Source: an uncultured Nitratifractor sp. (GTDB lineage Bacteria; Campylobacterota; Campylobacteria; Campylobacterales; Sulfurovaceae). Taken from it: DNA of 64,000 nucleotides. Positions 8,935 through 19,233 of this stretch are shown piece after piece. The notes under the pieces are model-generated. The model had not been told where the DNA came from and searched no databases. It worked only from the letters and a program-made list of their open reading frames with translations. The stretch covers positions 3,173 to 67,172 of the forward strand of contig CAMZLH010000012.1 in NCBI GenBank assembly GCA_947311565.1, given 5' to 3'. Each line of letters opens with the position of its first letter. Position 1 is the stretch's first letter. A program made the translations under genes and the position numbers.

Positions 8935-10185
8935 ATGAGTTACGAAATAGAGAAATTTGATCCAGAAATTTTTGAAGCTATAAATAGTGAATTAACAAGA
9001 CAGAATGATCATTTAGAGATGATTGCTAGTGAAAACTTTACTCTTCCTGCTGTTATGGAAGCTATGGGAAGTGTGTTTACAAATAAATATGCAGAAGGGT
9101 ATCCAAATAAAAGGTACTATGGTGGCTGTGAAAATGCTGATACAGTAGAGCAGATTGCTATAGATAGAGTATGTGAACTTTTTAATTGTAAATTTGCAAA
9201 TGTACAGCCTCACTCTGGTAGTCAAGCTAATGGTGCAGTATATGCAGCACTTCTTAAACCATACGATAAAATTTTAGGTATGGATTTAAGTCATGGTGGT
9301 CACTTAACACATGGTTCAAAGCCAAGTTTTTCTGGTAAGAATTATCAAAGCTTTACTTATGGTGTTGAGCTAGATGGTAGAATTAACTATGATAAAGTTA
9401 TGGAGATTGCAAAAATAACTAAACCAAAAATTATAGTTTGTGGTGCTAGTGCTTATGCTAGAGAGATAGACTTTAAGAAATTTAGAGATATAGCAGATGA
9501 AGTTGGAGCAATTTTATTTGCAGATGTTGCTCATATTGCAGGACTTGTAGTTGCAGATGAGCATATGAGTCCATTCCCTTATGCAGATGTTGTTACAACT
9601 ACAACACATAAAACACTTGCAGGTCCTAGAGGTGGAGCAATTATGACTAATGATGAGGATATTGCTAAAAAGATAAATTCTGCAATCTTCCCAGGTCTTC
9701 AAGGTGGACCTTTAGTTCATGTAATTGCAGCTAAAGCAGTTGGGTTTAAATATAATCTTTCATCAGAGTGGAAAGATTATGCTAAGAGTGTAAAAGCTAA
9801 TGCTTCTAAATTAGCAGAAGTTTTAGTGGCTCGTGGATATGATGTAGTAAGTGGTGGTACAGACAATCATCTTGTTTTAGTTAGTTTTTTAAATAAAGAG
9901 TTTAGTGGAAAAGATGCAGATGCTGCTTTAGGAAATGCTGGTATTACTGTAAATAAAAATACAGTTCCTGGCGAGAATAGAAGCCCATTTGTAACAAGTG
10001 GTATTAGAGTTGGATCACCTGCACTAACAAGTAGAGGTATGGGAGTAGCAGAGTTTGAAAAAATAGCAAATTGGATTGCTGATATTTTAGATGATATTAA
10101 TAATAGTGAGGTTCAATTAAAAATAAAAGCAGAGATAAAAGAGTTAACAAGTAACTTTATTATCTATGATAAAGCAATCTATTAA
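8935..10185 (+). CDS. glyA: Serine hydroxymethyltransferase
   Basis: Full-length SHMT pattern including the PLP-lysine motif [14 protein letters not shown]. Confidence 0.95.
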   Translation: MSYEIEKFDPEIFEAINSELTRQNDHLEMIASENFTLPAVMEAMGSVFTNKYAEGYPNKRYYGGCENADTVEQIAIDRVCELFNCKFANVQPHSGSQANGAVYAALLKPYDKILGMDLSHGGHLTHGSKPSFSGKNYQSFTYGVELDGRINYDKVMEIAKITKPKIIVCGASAYAREIDFKKFRDIADEVGAILFADVAHIAGLVVADEHMSPFPYADVVTTTTHKTLAGPRGGAIMTNDEDIAKKINSAIFPGLQGGPLVHVIAAKAVGFKYNLSSEWKDYAKSVKANASKLAEVLVARGYDVVSGGTDNHLVLVSFLNKEFSGKDADAALGNAGITVNKNTVPGENRSPFVTSGIRVGSPALTSRGMGVAEFEKIANWIADILDDINNSEVQLKIKAEIKELTSNFIIYDKAIY

Positions 10186-10687
10186 TCAGCTAGAGGCACT
10201 ACTAAAGCTTATAACTAGTAGTGTCAAAGGTTACTATATAGAGCAAAAAAACATTGCTACTAAAGTCGATATGGATGGTCATATATACTACTCTAAATAT
10301 AGATACTTTAGCGGCACTATTACAGATATACTTATAAAACAACATCTATCAAAGAATATAAATTTAGCAATATCTCTTGAAAATTATAGTGCTATAGTTT
10401 TTAAATATAGTGGAGAAGAGAGGAGAGCTTTTCTATCTTTAATTAAGTATTATATTACAAAAGATGAGAGAGATGGTATATATATAATATCTGATAGCAA
10501 TTTAAGTTTAGAACTCTATATTAGGCTAAAATGTGCTAATAAAGATAATTTTAATGATATTTTACAAAAAGTTACAACTAATTTAGATAGTAGAATATCG
10601 CAAGAGTGGATTGCTTTACCAAATAGTTTATATCCAGATATTGGAAATTTAATTAATTTACCTAGAGAATATATAAATATTGACTAA
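10166..10687 (+). CDS. Conserved hypothetical protein downstream of glyA (DUF1882-like by position)
   Basis: It overlaps the glyA end by 20 nt. The position matches the glyA-hypothetical-SPOR-aroE order I recall for Campylobacter and Helicobacter. The family assignment is from memory only. Confidence 0.4.
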   Translation: MIKQSINQLEALLKLITSSVKGYYIEQKNIATKVDMDGHIYYSKYRYFSGTITDILIKQHLSKNINLAISLENYSAIVFKYSGEERRAFLSLIKYYITKDERDGIYIISDSNLSLELYIRLKCANKDNFNDILQKVTTNLDSRISQEWIALPNSLYPDIGNLINLPREYINID

Positions 10688-10787
10688 CTAAATAAAGGAA
10701 AAAAATTAAATTTTAATATTGGTTAATATTATAATTTAATTTTTTGTGGTATAATAGCTTTAGAAACTAAATATTAGGAGTCTATTT

Positions 10788-11564
10788 ATGAGTAACACAT
10801 TAGATGATTTGATTTTACCAGAGGAAGAGCCTGAAGAGAAAAATTCGAAGAGTATACTAGCTCTACTAGCTTTAGTTGTTTTGTTGATAATTGTTGGTGC
10901 CATTTTAGCTAAAATGATTTTTGCAACATCTGATGATAATAGTACATTAGTTAAGAGTAATAAGTTAAAAGTATCTGAAGAGAGAAAAATTGTAAAACCT
11001 GAAACTAAAACTAAAGAAACTAGATTAAATAAGAGTGAAGATTTAGCACCTATTAATGATAATGATGTAGATTTAGCACCTATTGATAATGATAATGTTG
11101 ACTCATCTTTAAATGCTGAGACTATAGATATAGATGATAATAAAGTAGATAAAAAGAGTAAAGCAGAAGTTAATAGTAAAAATAGTGATAAAGAGAACTC
11201 AATTGCTAATGACTTAAATGTAGCACCAGTTAATAAAGATAAAGTAGTAGCTAGTAGAGAAGTAAAAGAGAAAAAGGTTGTACATCATAAGCCAAAACCA
11301 AAACCTAAGCCAAAACCAGATCCGAAACCTAAAAAACATATATATGGTGGAAGTGGAAATGTATATATTCAAGTTGGTTCATTTGCAAAAGGTCCAGAGA
11401 AGAGCTTTATAAACAAAATTAGAAGAGCAGGTTTTAAGTATAGAATTAAAACAGGTAATGGCTTAAGAAGAGTATTCGTTGGACCATTTGAGAGCCGAAG
11501 TGATGCTAAAAATATTTTAGGTATAGTAAGATCTAAAATATCATCTCAAGCATTTATAAAGTAA
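10788..11564 (+). CDS. SPOR-domain membrane protein (septal peptidoglycan binding)
   Basis: N-terminal TM helix, low-complexity linker (imperfect 30-nt duplication at 11040-11099 and a KP repeat at 11289-11336), and a C-terminal SPOR-like YIQVGSF....A......L....G pattern. Confidence 0.7.
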   Translation: MSNTLDDLILPEEEPEEKNSKSILALLALVVLLIIVGAILAKMIFATSDDNSTLVKSNKLKVSEERKIVKPETKTKETRLNKSEDLAPINDNDVDLAPIDNDNVDSSLNAETIDIDDNKVDKKSKAEVNSKNSDKENSIANDLNVAPVNKDKVVASREVKEKKVVHHKPKPKPKPKPDPKPKKHIYGGSGNVYIQVGSFAKGPEKSFINKIRRAGFKYRIKTGNGLRRVFVGPFESRSDAKNILGIVRSKISSQAFIK

Positions 11565-11569
11565 TATCA

Positions 11570-13000
11570 ATGGTTAAAGCTTATCTATTTGATCAATTAA
11601 GTGCTGTGGCACTCTATGGAGAAATAAAGAAAAAATTTACTAATGAAGTTACTATGCTCTTTGAGAGTGTAGTAACAAGTGAAAATGGAAACTTCAGTTT
11701 TATAGCTATTGGTGCACAAGAGAGAGTGACATATAAAGATAATATTAGCTACTACAACCAAGAACCAATAGATAGTGACCCATTTGAGTTTTTAAAAAAT
11801 TATTACAGTAATTTAGATAGTGAGTATTATAAAACTTTATCTAAAGAGATTGGCTTTAATTTTATAGATGGCTTTATTGGTTATATTGGATACGATATGG
11901 TAAAAGTTTTTGAGCCATCGCTTAAAGAGACAATGGATTCATTAACCGATACTCTAAATACTCCAGATTTAGATCTTATTCGTCCTAAAATTATTATTGC
12001 TTATTCTCATAAGAGTTCAAAACTATCAATATTAGATCTATCTGGTAGATATAGTGATATGTTTAATGAGGTAATAGATATTATCTCTATTTCTCATACA
12101 CCAGAGCCTATAAAAGCAGTAAAGTTAGATGGTGAGGGAGAGTTTTCAATATCGCAAGAGAGATATATGGAGATTGTAGATGAAGCAAAAGAGCATATTC
12201 GTTCTGGTGATGTATTTCAGATGTTGCCATCTAATAGATATACTCAAAAAGGTTATATTGATCCATTGAGTTTTTATAGAATACTTCGTTCTAAAAATCC
12301 ATCACCATATATGTTTTTATTAGAGTTCGAAGATTTTGTAATATGTGGTTCATCTCCAGAGGTAATGGTACGACTAACAGATAGAGATATACTACTTCGT
12401 CCAATTGCTGGTACAAGAAAAAGAGGTGATACTCCACAAAGAGATTACGAACTAGAGCAAGAGATGTTAAATGATCCTAAAGAGTGTGCAGAGCATCTAA
12501 TGTTAATTGACTTAGGAAGAAATGATGTAAGTCGTGTTGCAGAGGTTGGAACTGTAAAGGTACCAAGTATGATGAGAGTAGAAAAGTACTCTCATGTAAT
12601 GCATATGGTATCAGATGTTGCTGCAACAATAGAAGTTGAGAAGGATATGTTTGATCTCTTTGCAGCAACTTTTACAGCCGGAACAATGACTGGCGCACCA
12701 AAGATAAAAGCTATGGAGCTTATAGCAAAGTTTGAAGGGCTTAAGCGAGGCTTCTATAGTGGTAGTGTAGGGTACTTTAGTTTTACTGGTGATATGGATT
12801 CAGCTATTGTAATTAGAACTGCTTTAATTAACGAAGCTGGTATTATTTTACAAGCTGGTGCTGGAGTTGTAGCAGACTCTAAACCAGAATTAGAGGAACT
12901 AGAAGTTAGAAATAAACTAATGGCACTAATCACAACTCTTAAGGAGATGGAAGATTTAGATGAAGATAATAGCTTAGTTCTATTAAAAGAGATAAAATAA
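11570..13000 (+). CDS. trpE: Anthranilate synthase component I family (TrpE/PabB)
   Basis: Chorismate-binding core: SPE, RPIAGT, LIDLGRND, HLVS-like HMVSDV, GAPK, and RGFYSGSVGY. The N-terminal LFES..NFSF resembles the TrpE feedback motif. Confidence 0.7.
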   Translation: MVKAYLFDQLSAVALYGEIKKKFTNEVTMLFESVVTSENGNFSFIAIGAQERVTYKDNISYYNQEPIDSDPFEFLKNYYSNLDSEYYKTLSKEIGFNFIDGFIGYIGYDMVKVFEPSLKETMDSLTDTLNTPDLDLIRPKIIIAYSHKSSKLSILDLSGRYSDMFNEVIDIISISHTPEPIKAVKLDGEGEFSISQERYMEIVDEAKEHIRSGDVFQMLPSNRYTQKGYIDPLSFYRILRSKNPSPYMFLLEFEDFVICGSSPEVMVRLTDRDILLRPIAGTRKRGDTPQRDYELEQEMLNDPKECAEHLMLIDLGRNDVSRVAEVGTVKVPSMMRVEKYSHVMHMVSDVAATIEVEKDMFDLFAATFTAGTMTGAPKIKAMELIAKFEGLKRGFYSGSVGYFSFTGDMDSAIVIRTALINEAGIILQAGAGVVADSKPELEELEVRNKLMALITTLKEMEDLDEDNSLVLLKEIK

Positions 13001-13791
13001 TGGCTAAAAAATTTGCAATATTTGGTAATCCTGTAGAGCACTCTATGTCTCCAAAAATGCATAATTGTGCATTTGTAGAGTTAGGTTTTGGTGCTGTTTA
13101 TTCTAAAATTCTATTAGAAGATGGTAGTAAACTAAGAGATATATTTTTAGAAGAGAACTTAACAGGTGCTAATATTACTGTTCCACATAAAGAGGCAGCT
13201 TATGATGCGTGTGATGAATTAGATGAGTTTGCTAAGAGAGTTGGTGCTGTTAATACAATAGTAAAAGTTGGTGATAGATTAATAGGTTATAACACAGATG
13301 CACCAGGTTTTTTAAAAAGCTTAGATAACTTTAAAGATATTAAAACTATCCTAATTTTAGGCGCAGGTGGTACTGTGCAGTCAACGTCTGAGATATTAAG
13401 AGATAGTGGATATGATATTACTATATTAAATAGAGGTCAAAGTAGATTAGATTTTTTTAAAGAAAAAGGTTTTAAGACGTTTACCTATGACTTATTTAAT
13501 GAAGATAAATTTGATTTAATAGTTAACATGACAAGTGCTGGTTTAAGCGATAATAACTATCCTGCACCTAAAGATATTTTAGATAATATTTTACCAAATG
13601 CTAAAGCTGTTGTAGATATTATTTATGGTAAAAAGACCCCTTTTTTACTTTTAGCTAAAGAGTATAATTTACAAGTTATAGATGGAAAAGAGATGTTACT
13701 ACAGCAAGGTATTTTAGCTTTCGAGTACTTTACTAATAATAGATATAAATTTAAAGATATAGAGAGTATTATGAGAGATGCTTTAGATTGA
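13000..13791 (+). CDS. aroE: Shikimate dehydrogenase
   Basis: IFGNPVEHSMSP, TVPHK, NT(I/V)..DG..GYNTD and GAGG Rossmann motifs. The ATG overlaps the trpE stop. Confidence 0.9.
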   Translation: MAKKFAIFGNPVEHSMSPKMHNCAFVELGFGAVYSKILLEDGSKLRDIFLEENLTGANITVPHKEAAYDACDELDEFAKRVGAVNTIVKVGDRLIGYNTDAPGFLKSLDNFKDIKTILILGAGGTVQSTSEILRDSGYDITILNRGQSRLDFFKEKGFKTFTYDLFNEDKFDLIVNMTSAGLSDNNYPAPKDILDNILPNAKAVVDIIYGKKTPFLLLAKEYNLQVIDGKEMLLQQGILAFEYFTNNRYKFKDIESIMRDALD

Positions 13792-13911
13792 CAACTATTT
13801 TATAAACTTATAGTAACTATATTATTAAATTATTTAATTAATTGATTTTAATCAACTTTTATTTTAAACTTTATGCTAAAATAAATTAAAATTAAATAGG
13901 AGTAATTTAGT

Positions 13912-14244
13912 ATGGAAAAGCAAAAGATAGAAGTAGCAGGAGCTACTGTAGATTTTTTTACATATAAAGATGGAGATATAGAAGTTTACGAGTTTGATAC
14001 AAGTAAGTGTGGACCACCAGAGCCTATGGTAAATGCTATGTCTGGATTAAAACTTATAGACTCTGCAAATAAGAAGCTTGTAATGATAAATCATAAAAAA
14101 CCTATGGGACTTTTAGATAAAGTTGGTGTTAATTTTAATATTACAGATAGAAAACTAGAAGATGGAAGAGTAGCACTAGAGTTTACATATAAAGATGGAG
14201 AGAGTGAAAAGGCTAACTTGGACGATTCTAGCTGTGGTGGGTGA
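13912..14244 (+). CDS. DUF2249-like small protein
   Basis: D....PPEP.......L.......L....H..P..L pattern (FDTSKCGPPEPMVNAMSGLKL..LVMINHKKPMGLL). The family call is from memory. Confidence 0.45.
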   Translation: MEKQKIEVAGATVDFFTYKDGDIEVYEFDTSKCGPPEPMVNAMSGLKLIDSANKKLVMINHKKPMGLLDKVGVNFNITDRKLEDGRVALEFTYKDGESEKANLDDSSCGG

Positions 14245-15488
14245 TAATGTTTAGTATATCTAAAGATTATGCACCACCATTTAAAATGATAGAACCATTC
14301 TTTAAGTTTGGTGCTATTGCTTATTTAATATCTATTATTTCATTTCTTTTTTTTAACGTAGATGTATCTCTTTTAGATTTAAAAGTTGTTGGTTGGGTAC
14401 ATATGTTTTTATTAAGTTTTGTTATGATAGTTATTTTTGGGGCTATGGCACAGTTAATACCTGTAGCATTAGAGATTGGACACTATAATGTAGATTACTA
14501 TAAACCAATATTTTTAACATTATCTATAGGCTCTGTTTTAATGGTATTGGGCTTTTGGATAAATAGTTCTTTACTTCCTTATGGTGGTGCTATAGTTCTT
14601 GTATCTATGGTACTATTTTTATATGAGACACTAAAAACATTAAAAAAGACAGACTCTAATACATTAACAGTTAGGTGTATAAAGGGTGGCAATATATTTT
14701 TAACTGTAGCTATCGTAATAGGTTTTTTGATGGCACTATCTATCTCTTTAGGATTTAATATTGACTTTAATAGATTTTTGCCTATACATATTGTACTAGT
14801 TTTAGTTGGTTATGTGACAATAACTGTAATTGGTATGAGTATGATACTTCTACCAATGTTTGGCTTGGCTCATGGATATGATGGCAGCGACGTAGAACTA
14901 TCTTTTAAGATACTTGTTGGATCTATTATTCTATTTTCTATATTTAGATTACTAGCTTGGAATATGCTGTCATATATTGCCATAGTCTCAATGCTAGTTG
15001 GTATTGGGCTATATTTAAGACAACTACTAACACTCTATAAAGTTAGAGCAAGAAAGATAAATGATATCTGGTATATGCATATATATACAGCATTTATCTC
15101 TTTAGCAGCTGTTGTAGTTTTGGTGCTACTTTGGTTACTATTTGATAGTGATGCAATTTTAAAAACTGCTTTGTGGCTATTTTTAATAGGTTTTTTTGTT
15201 TTTGTTATTAATGGACACTTAATAAAAATTATACCTTTTTTAGTTTGGTTTGAGCGTTTTAGCCCACTTGTTGGTAAGAAAAAAGTACCTATGCTTCATG
15301 AGATGTTACCATCTAAAGAGGTAGATATTTCGTTTTGGCTTAGTTTAGCAGGTTTAGTATCGGGAGCACTTGGTTTGTTGTATAGTAGCGATACTCTATT
15401 TAAAGGTGGTGTTTCGTTACTTGTTTTTGGTGCTTTATTTATGCTTAAAACTGTCAATTTTATATTAGATTTTAAACCAGAGGAGTAG
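14241..15488 (+). CDS. Polytopic membrane protein (about 12 TM helices), function unknown
   Basis: Hydrophobic throughout. It overlaps the upstream stop by 4 nt. Confidence 0.55.
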   Translation: MIMFSISKDYAPPFKMIEPFFKFGAIAYLISIISFLFFNVDVSLLDLKVVGWVHMFLLSFVMIVIFGAMAQLIPVALEIGHYNVDYYKPIFLTLSIGSVLMVLGFWINSSLLPYGGAIVLVSMVLFLYETLKTLKKTDSNTLTVRCIKGGNIFLTVAIVIGFLMALSISLGFNIDFNRFLPIHIVLVLVGYVTITVIGMSMILLPMFGLAHGYDGSDVELSFKILVGSIILFSIFRLLAWNMLSYIAIVSMLVGIGLYLRQLLTLYKVRARKINDIWYMHIYTAFISLAAVVVLVLLWLLFDSDAILKTALWLFLIGFFVFVINGHLIKIIPFLVWFERFSPLVGKKKVPMLHEMLPSKEVDISFWLSLAGLVSGALGLLYSSDTLFKGGVSLLVFGALFMLKTVNFILDFKPEE

Positions 15489-15491
15489 ATA

Positions 15492-15800
15492 ATGTGTAGT
15501 GTAACAAAAGAGCAGGTTTATGATGAGCTAAGAACTATTATAGACCCAGAAGTTGGCTTTAATCTTGTAGAGATGGGATTAATTTATGATGTAGAGGTAG
15601 ATGATAGTTGTAATGTAGTTATTACTATGACACTATCAACAAAAGCTTGTCCACTACATCAGATGATTCACCAGTGGGTAGAGGATGCACCAAAGCGTAT
15701 AGATGAGGTAAATGAGGTAACAGCAAATATAGTATGGGAACCAGAGTGGAATATATCGATGGCAGAAGATAATGTAAAACAAGCATTAGGATCTTTGTAG
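15492..15800 (+). CDS. DUF59/MIP18-family Fe-S assembly-type protein
   Basis: L..IIDPEVGFNLVEMGLIYDV and a C-terminal W.P.W pattern. Confidence 0.7.
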   Translation: MCSVTKEQVYDELRTIIDPEVGFNLVEMGLIYDVEVDDSCNVVITMTLSTKACPLHQMIHQWVEDAPKRIDEVNEVTANIVWEPEWNISMAEDNVKQALGSL

Positions 15801-16037
15801 GTGTTATCTATTTTAAAAGATCTCTATGGAGCTGCAATTCTCTTTTTTTACTATATTAAGTGGTTAATTGTAATAGGTGTGCCACTACTTTACTTTCAAT
15901 TAGATTACAAACATAATATCATAATGGATATTTTATGGGTTTGGTGTATAATATTAATTATAAAAGATTTTATTTATAAATTTGTATTCAAAAAGAGTTA
16001 CTGCGATAGTAACAGTTGCTCTGCTAAAAAGGATTAA
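15801..16037 (+). CDS. Hypothetical small membrane protein with a Cys-rich tail
   Basis: The GTG start abuts the previous stop. Two TM segments. Ends ..SYCDSNSCSAKKD. Confidence 0.35.
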   Translation: MLSILKDLYGAAILFFYYIKWLIVIGVPLLYFQLDYKHNIIMDILWVWCIILIIKDFIYKFVFKKSYCDSNSCSAKKD

Positions 16038-16039
16038 TA

Positions 16040-17488
16040 TTGTTTGGACTATTTGATAGTAAAGAGAGTGTAGGAGAAGCAAAAGTATTTTTTGGTTCAC
16101 ACGAAGAGAGTAGAGATGAGCTACTAGAGATTAAAAATCCATTTACTAAAGAGGTGGTGTCTAAGTATCCAAAGTGTGATGAGTACGATGCTAAAAGAGC
16201 TTTAGAGGTAGCAAATAAAGCATCTATAGATGCAAAAAAAACACCACTACACCAAAGAATTAAGTGGTTAGAGGATGTTGCTAACTCTTTACGAGAACAC
16301 AAAGATGAATTTGCTAAATTAATTGTAGATGAGGTAGCAAAACCTTTAATGTTTGCTAAAATAGAGGTAGAAAGATGTGCAGAGACAATAGAGTTAACAG
16401 CAAAAGAGTTAATTAATCTACATGGTAAAACAATAGCTACAGATGCTATGCCAAGTGGAAGAGAAGCATTAGCTTACTATAAAAGAGTTCCTGTTGGAGT
16501 TGCCTCTTTAATTACACCTTTTAACTTTCCGTTAAATTTGATTGCACATAAGTTAGCACCAGCAATTGGTGCAGCAAATGCAGTTGTAATTAAACCAACG
16601 CCCGAAGCTCCTTTGTGTGCAAGTAAATTAGTAGAGCTATTTATAAATAGTGAGTATGCTATTAAAGATACAATCAGCTTAGTATATGGAGATGCAGATG
16701 TAGGTGGAGAGCTAGTTAAAAATCCAATTTCTAGAGTTGTTAGCTTTACTGGTTCTGCACAAGTTGGCAGAATTATTATGAAAAATGCAGGTATAAAAAA
16801 GGTTAGTCTAGAGCTTGGTGGAAATGCTGCAACATTTATAGATGAGAGTGCAGATATTGCTGATGCAGCTAAAAAGTGTGCATTTGGGTCATTTTATAAT
16901 AGTGGACAAGTTTGTATATCTCTTCAGAGAATCTATGTTCACGAGAAGGTTTATGACGGTTTTGCTAATATGCTTGCAAATGAGGCAAAAGTATTAAAGG
17001 TTGGTTCTCCATATGATGAAGATACATTTATGGGACCATTAATTAATGACGATGCAAAGCTAAGAGCTGCAAGATGGGTATCTAGTGCAATAGATGAGGG
17101 TGCTAAAGTTCTATATGGTGGTAAAGAGGTAGATGGAATTTTTCCTCCAACTGTAGTAGTTGATGTAAGAGATGATATGAAGATAGTCTGTGAAGAGGTC
17201 TTTGCACCAATTGTATCTTTAGTAAAGGTTAACTCTTATGAAGAGGCAATAGATAAGATTAATAACTCTCCATATGGACTACAATATAGTATTTTTACAA
17301 ACTCTCTTAAAAATACAAAATCTTTTATAGACGATGCCGAAGCTGGTGGAGTTGTAGTAAATGATATTCCAACAGTTAGATTTGATATTCAGCCATATGG
17401 AGGAATAAAACAATCTGGTATAGGTAAAGAGGGTCCACAGTTTGCACTAGAAGAGTTTACAGAGATTAAGTCGGTAGTTATTTTTTAA
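16040..17488 (+). CDS. NAD(P)-dependent aldehyde dehydrogenase family protein
   Basis: ALDH signatures: FTGS, catalytic Glu in LELGGNA and catalytic Cys in GQVCIS. Confidence 0.85.
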   Translation: MFGLFDSKESVGEAKVFFGSHEESRDELLEIKNPFTKEVVSKYPKCDEYDAKRALEVANKASIDAKKTPLHQRIKWLEDVANSLREHKDEFAKLIVDEVAKPLMFAKIEVERCAETIELTAKELINLHGKTIATDAMPSGREALAYYKRVPVGVASLITPFNFPLNLIAHKLAPAIGAANAVVIKPTPEAPLCASKLVELFINSEYAIKDTISLVYGDADVGGELVKNPISRVVSFTGSAQVGRIIMKNAGIKKVSLELGGNAATFIDESADIADAAKKCAFGSFYNSGQVCISLQRIYVHEKVYDGFANMLANEAKVLKVGSPYDEDTFMGPLINDDAKLRAARWVSSAIDEGAKVLYGGKEVDGIFPPTVVVDVRDDMKIVCEEVFAPIVSLVKVNSYEEAIDKINNSPYGLQYSIFTNSLKNTKSFIDDAEAGGVVVNDIPTVRFDIQPYGGIKQSGIGKEGPQFALEEFTEIKSVVIF

Positions 17489-17940
17489 TGAAAAAAGTCG
17501 CAATCTCTGCTTGTTTATTAGGTAGTAAATGTAGGTATGATGGTAGTGATAATTATGATCCAAAGATTTTGGGTCTACTAGAGTGCTATGAACTTGTACC
17601 ATTTTGTCCAGAAGATTTTTGTTATGGAACACCTAGACCTACAATGGACTTAATAGATAAAGGTAGAGAGATAAAAGTAATCTCTAATTTAACACAAGCA
17701 GATTTAACACCACCAATCAAAGAGTATGCAAAGGCTTTTTTTAATATGAACAAAGATTTAGAACTCTTTATTGGAAAAGATAGAAGCCCTAGTTGTGGTG
17801 TGTGTAGCTCTAAAGTATATAATATTAATAAAGAACTTATATCTACAAGTGGTAGTGGAGTAATGGCACAAATGGCAAAAAGTTTAGATATAGATTGTTT
17901 TGATGCTGAAGAGTATTTAAAATTAAAAAAGGGTATCTAG
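17488..17940 (+). CDS. DUF523 (TudS/YbbK-like) protein
   Basis: N-terminal ISACLLGSKCRYDG and a later SPSCG cysteine motif. Length is 150 aa. Confidence 0.65.
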   Translation: MKKVAISACLLGSKCRYDGSDNYDPKILGLLECYELVPFCPEDFCYGTPRPTMDLIDKGREIKVISNLTQADLTPPIKEYAKAFFNMNKDLELFIGKDRSPSCGVCSSKVYNINKELISTSGSGVMAQMAKSLDIDCFDAEEYLKLKKGI

Positions 17941-18140
17941 TTATACTTTCTAAATTTAAATAGCCAATCTTTCTGTTCATCATTTAAGCTTTTTTTTGAT
18001 TCTAATATTTTTAATTTTAAATTCTCTAAATCTTTAACATCTAAATACTCTAAAAGTTCAGGTGCAATATCGAAGTTTTCTATAGTTTCACTACTCCAAA
18101 GTAATTTAATCTCTTTTAATAGGCTCTCTTTGGCTTCCAT
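17937..18140 (-). CDS. Hypothetical small acidic protein
   Basis: 67-aa ORF convergent with the DUF523 gene. No recognisable motif. Confidence 0.3.
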   Translation of the reverse strand: MEAKESLLKEIKLLWSSETIENFDIAPELLEYLDVKDLENLKLKILESKKSLNDEQKDWLFKFRKYN

Positions 18141-18318
18141 TTAACACCTTTTTTGGTAGAATTATACCAAATAATAGTAAAAATATTTAATTTGTGTGGT
18201 AATAAGTTACGGTAGTTAGTTAAGTATGTTATCTAGCAAAACAGAACTTTAACAAAGTAGCCTTCTATATAGTTTTACTTTTGTTTATATAATATTACTT
18301 TTAAAATAAAGGTCTAAA

Positions 18319-19233
18319 TTGAAACTATTTATATTATTAATATCTATAATTATTACGTTTGTAACCTCTGCTAATATAAGTGTTGTAGAGGAGTTTGGTA
18401 ATAGCGAATATAAGAGCTCTATAGAATCAGTTAAAATTGCTGCACCAGAGTATAAAGTTAAGCAAATAAAAGTTGTAAAGAGAAAAGTATCAAATAAAAA
18501 AATAGTAAAAAATAAGAAAAAAACTACAAAAAAAGCTACTTATTTAAAAGAGACTGCAACTAAAAAACCACTAATAAAAAATAAAAAACATAGAGCTAAA
18601 TTAGTAATAGTAATAGATGATGTTTCACATAGATATCAGTTAAATAATATTAAATCTTTGCCGTTTAAAGTTACACCCTCTATATTTCCACCAAGTAAAA
18701 TGAATATGCATAGTCATAAGTTATCAGTTGGTTTAAAACACTTTATGGTACACTTACCACTACAATCTGGAAGTAAGACTCTAAATAGAATGCATAAAAC
18801 ACTTTTTATAACAGACTCGAATATAAAAATTAGATCTAGAGTTTTAGAGATTAGAAAGCTATTTCCTAATGCTAAATTTATAAATAATCATACAGGAAGT
18901 GTTTTTACTAGAAACTATTTAAAATCTAAAGTTTTATATAAAGCATTAAAAGATAGTAATTTTAAGTTTCTAGATAGTAGAACTACAATGAAAACTGTAT
19001 TCCCAAGATTATCTAAAGAGTTTAATAAAAAGTATTATAAAAATGACCTTTTTATAGATAATGTATTAAATACAAATACTATTTTAAAAAAAATCAAAAG
19101 AGGTATAAGCTTAGCTAAAAGAAGAGGTGTATCAGTTGTAATAGGGCATCCACATCCTCAAACATTTAAAGCACTAAAATTAGCTGCAAAATATTTGAAA
19201 AGTGTTGATGTTGTATATATGGATGAGATATGA
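18319..19233 (+). CDS. Divergent polysaccharide deacetylase family protein (YibQ-like)
   Basis: Signal/TM N-terminus, then LVIVIDDVS, NNHTGS and VIGHPHPQT motifs. Confidence 0.65.
   Translation: MKLFILLISIIITFVTSANISVVEEFGNSEYKSSIESVKIAAPEYKVKQIKVVKRKVSNKKIVKNKKKTTKKATYLKETATKKPLIKNKKHRAKLVIVIDDVSHRYQLNNIKSLPFKVTPSIFPPSKMNMHSHKLSVGLKHFMVHLPLQSGSKTLNRMHKTLFITDSNIKIRSRVLEIRKLFPNAKFINNHTGSVFTRNYLKSKVLYKALKDSNFKFLDSRTTMKTVFPRLSKEFNKKYYKNDLFIDNVLNTNTILKKIKRGISLAKRRGVSVVIGHPHPQTFKALKLAAKYLKSVDVVYMDEI

Noticed and set aside
11040-11336. Imperfect 30-nt duplication (11040-11099) and a KP-encoding repeat (11289-11336), considered as possible CRISPR, minisatellite or a contingency locus.
   Set aside because: Both lie in frame inside the linker of the SPOR protein and encode low-complexity DLAPI(N/D)DND and KPKPKP segments. 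There are only two copies, with no spacer-repeat periodicity.
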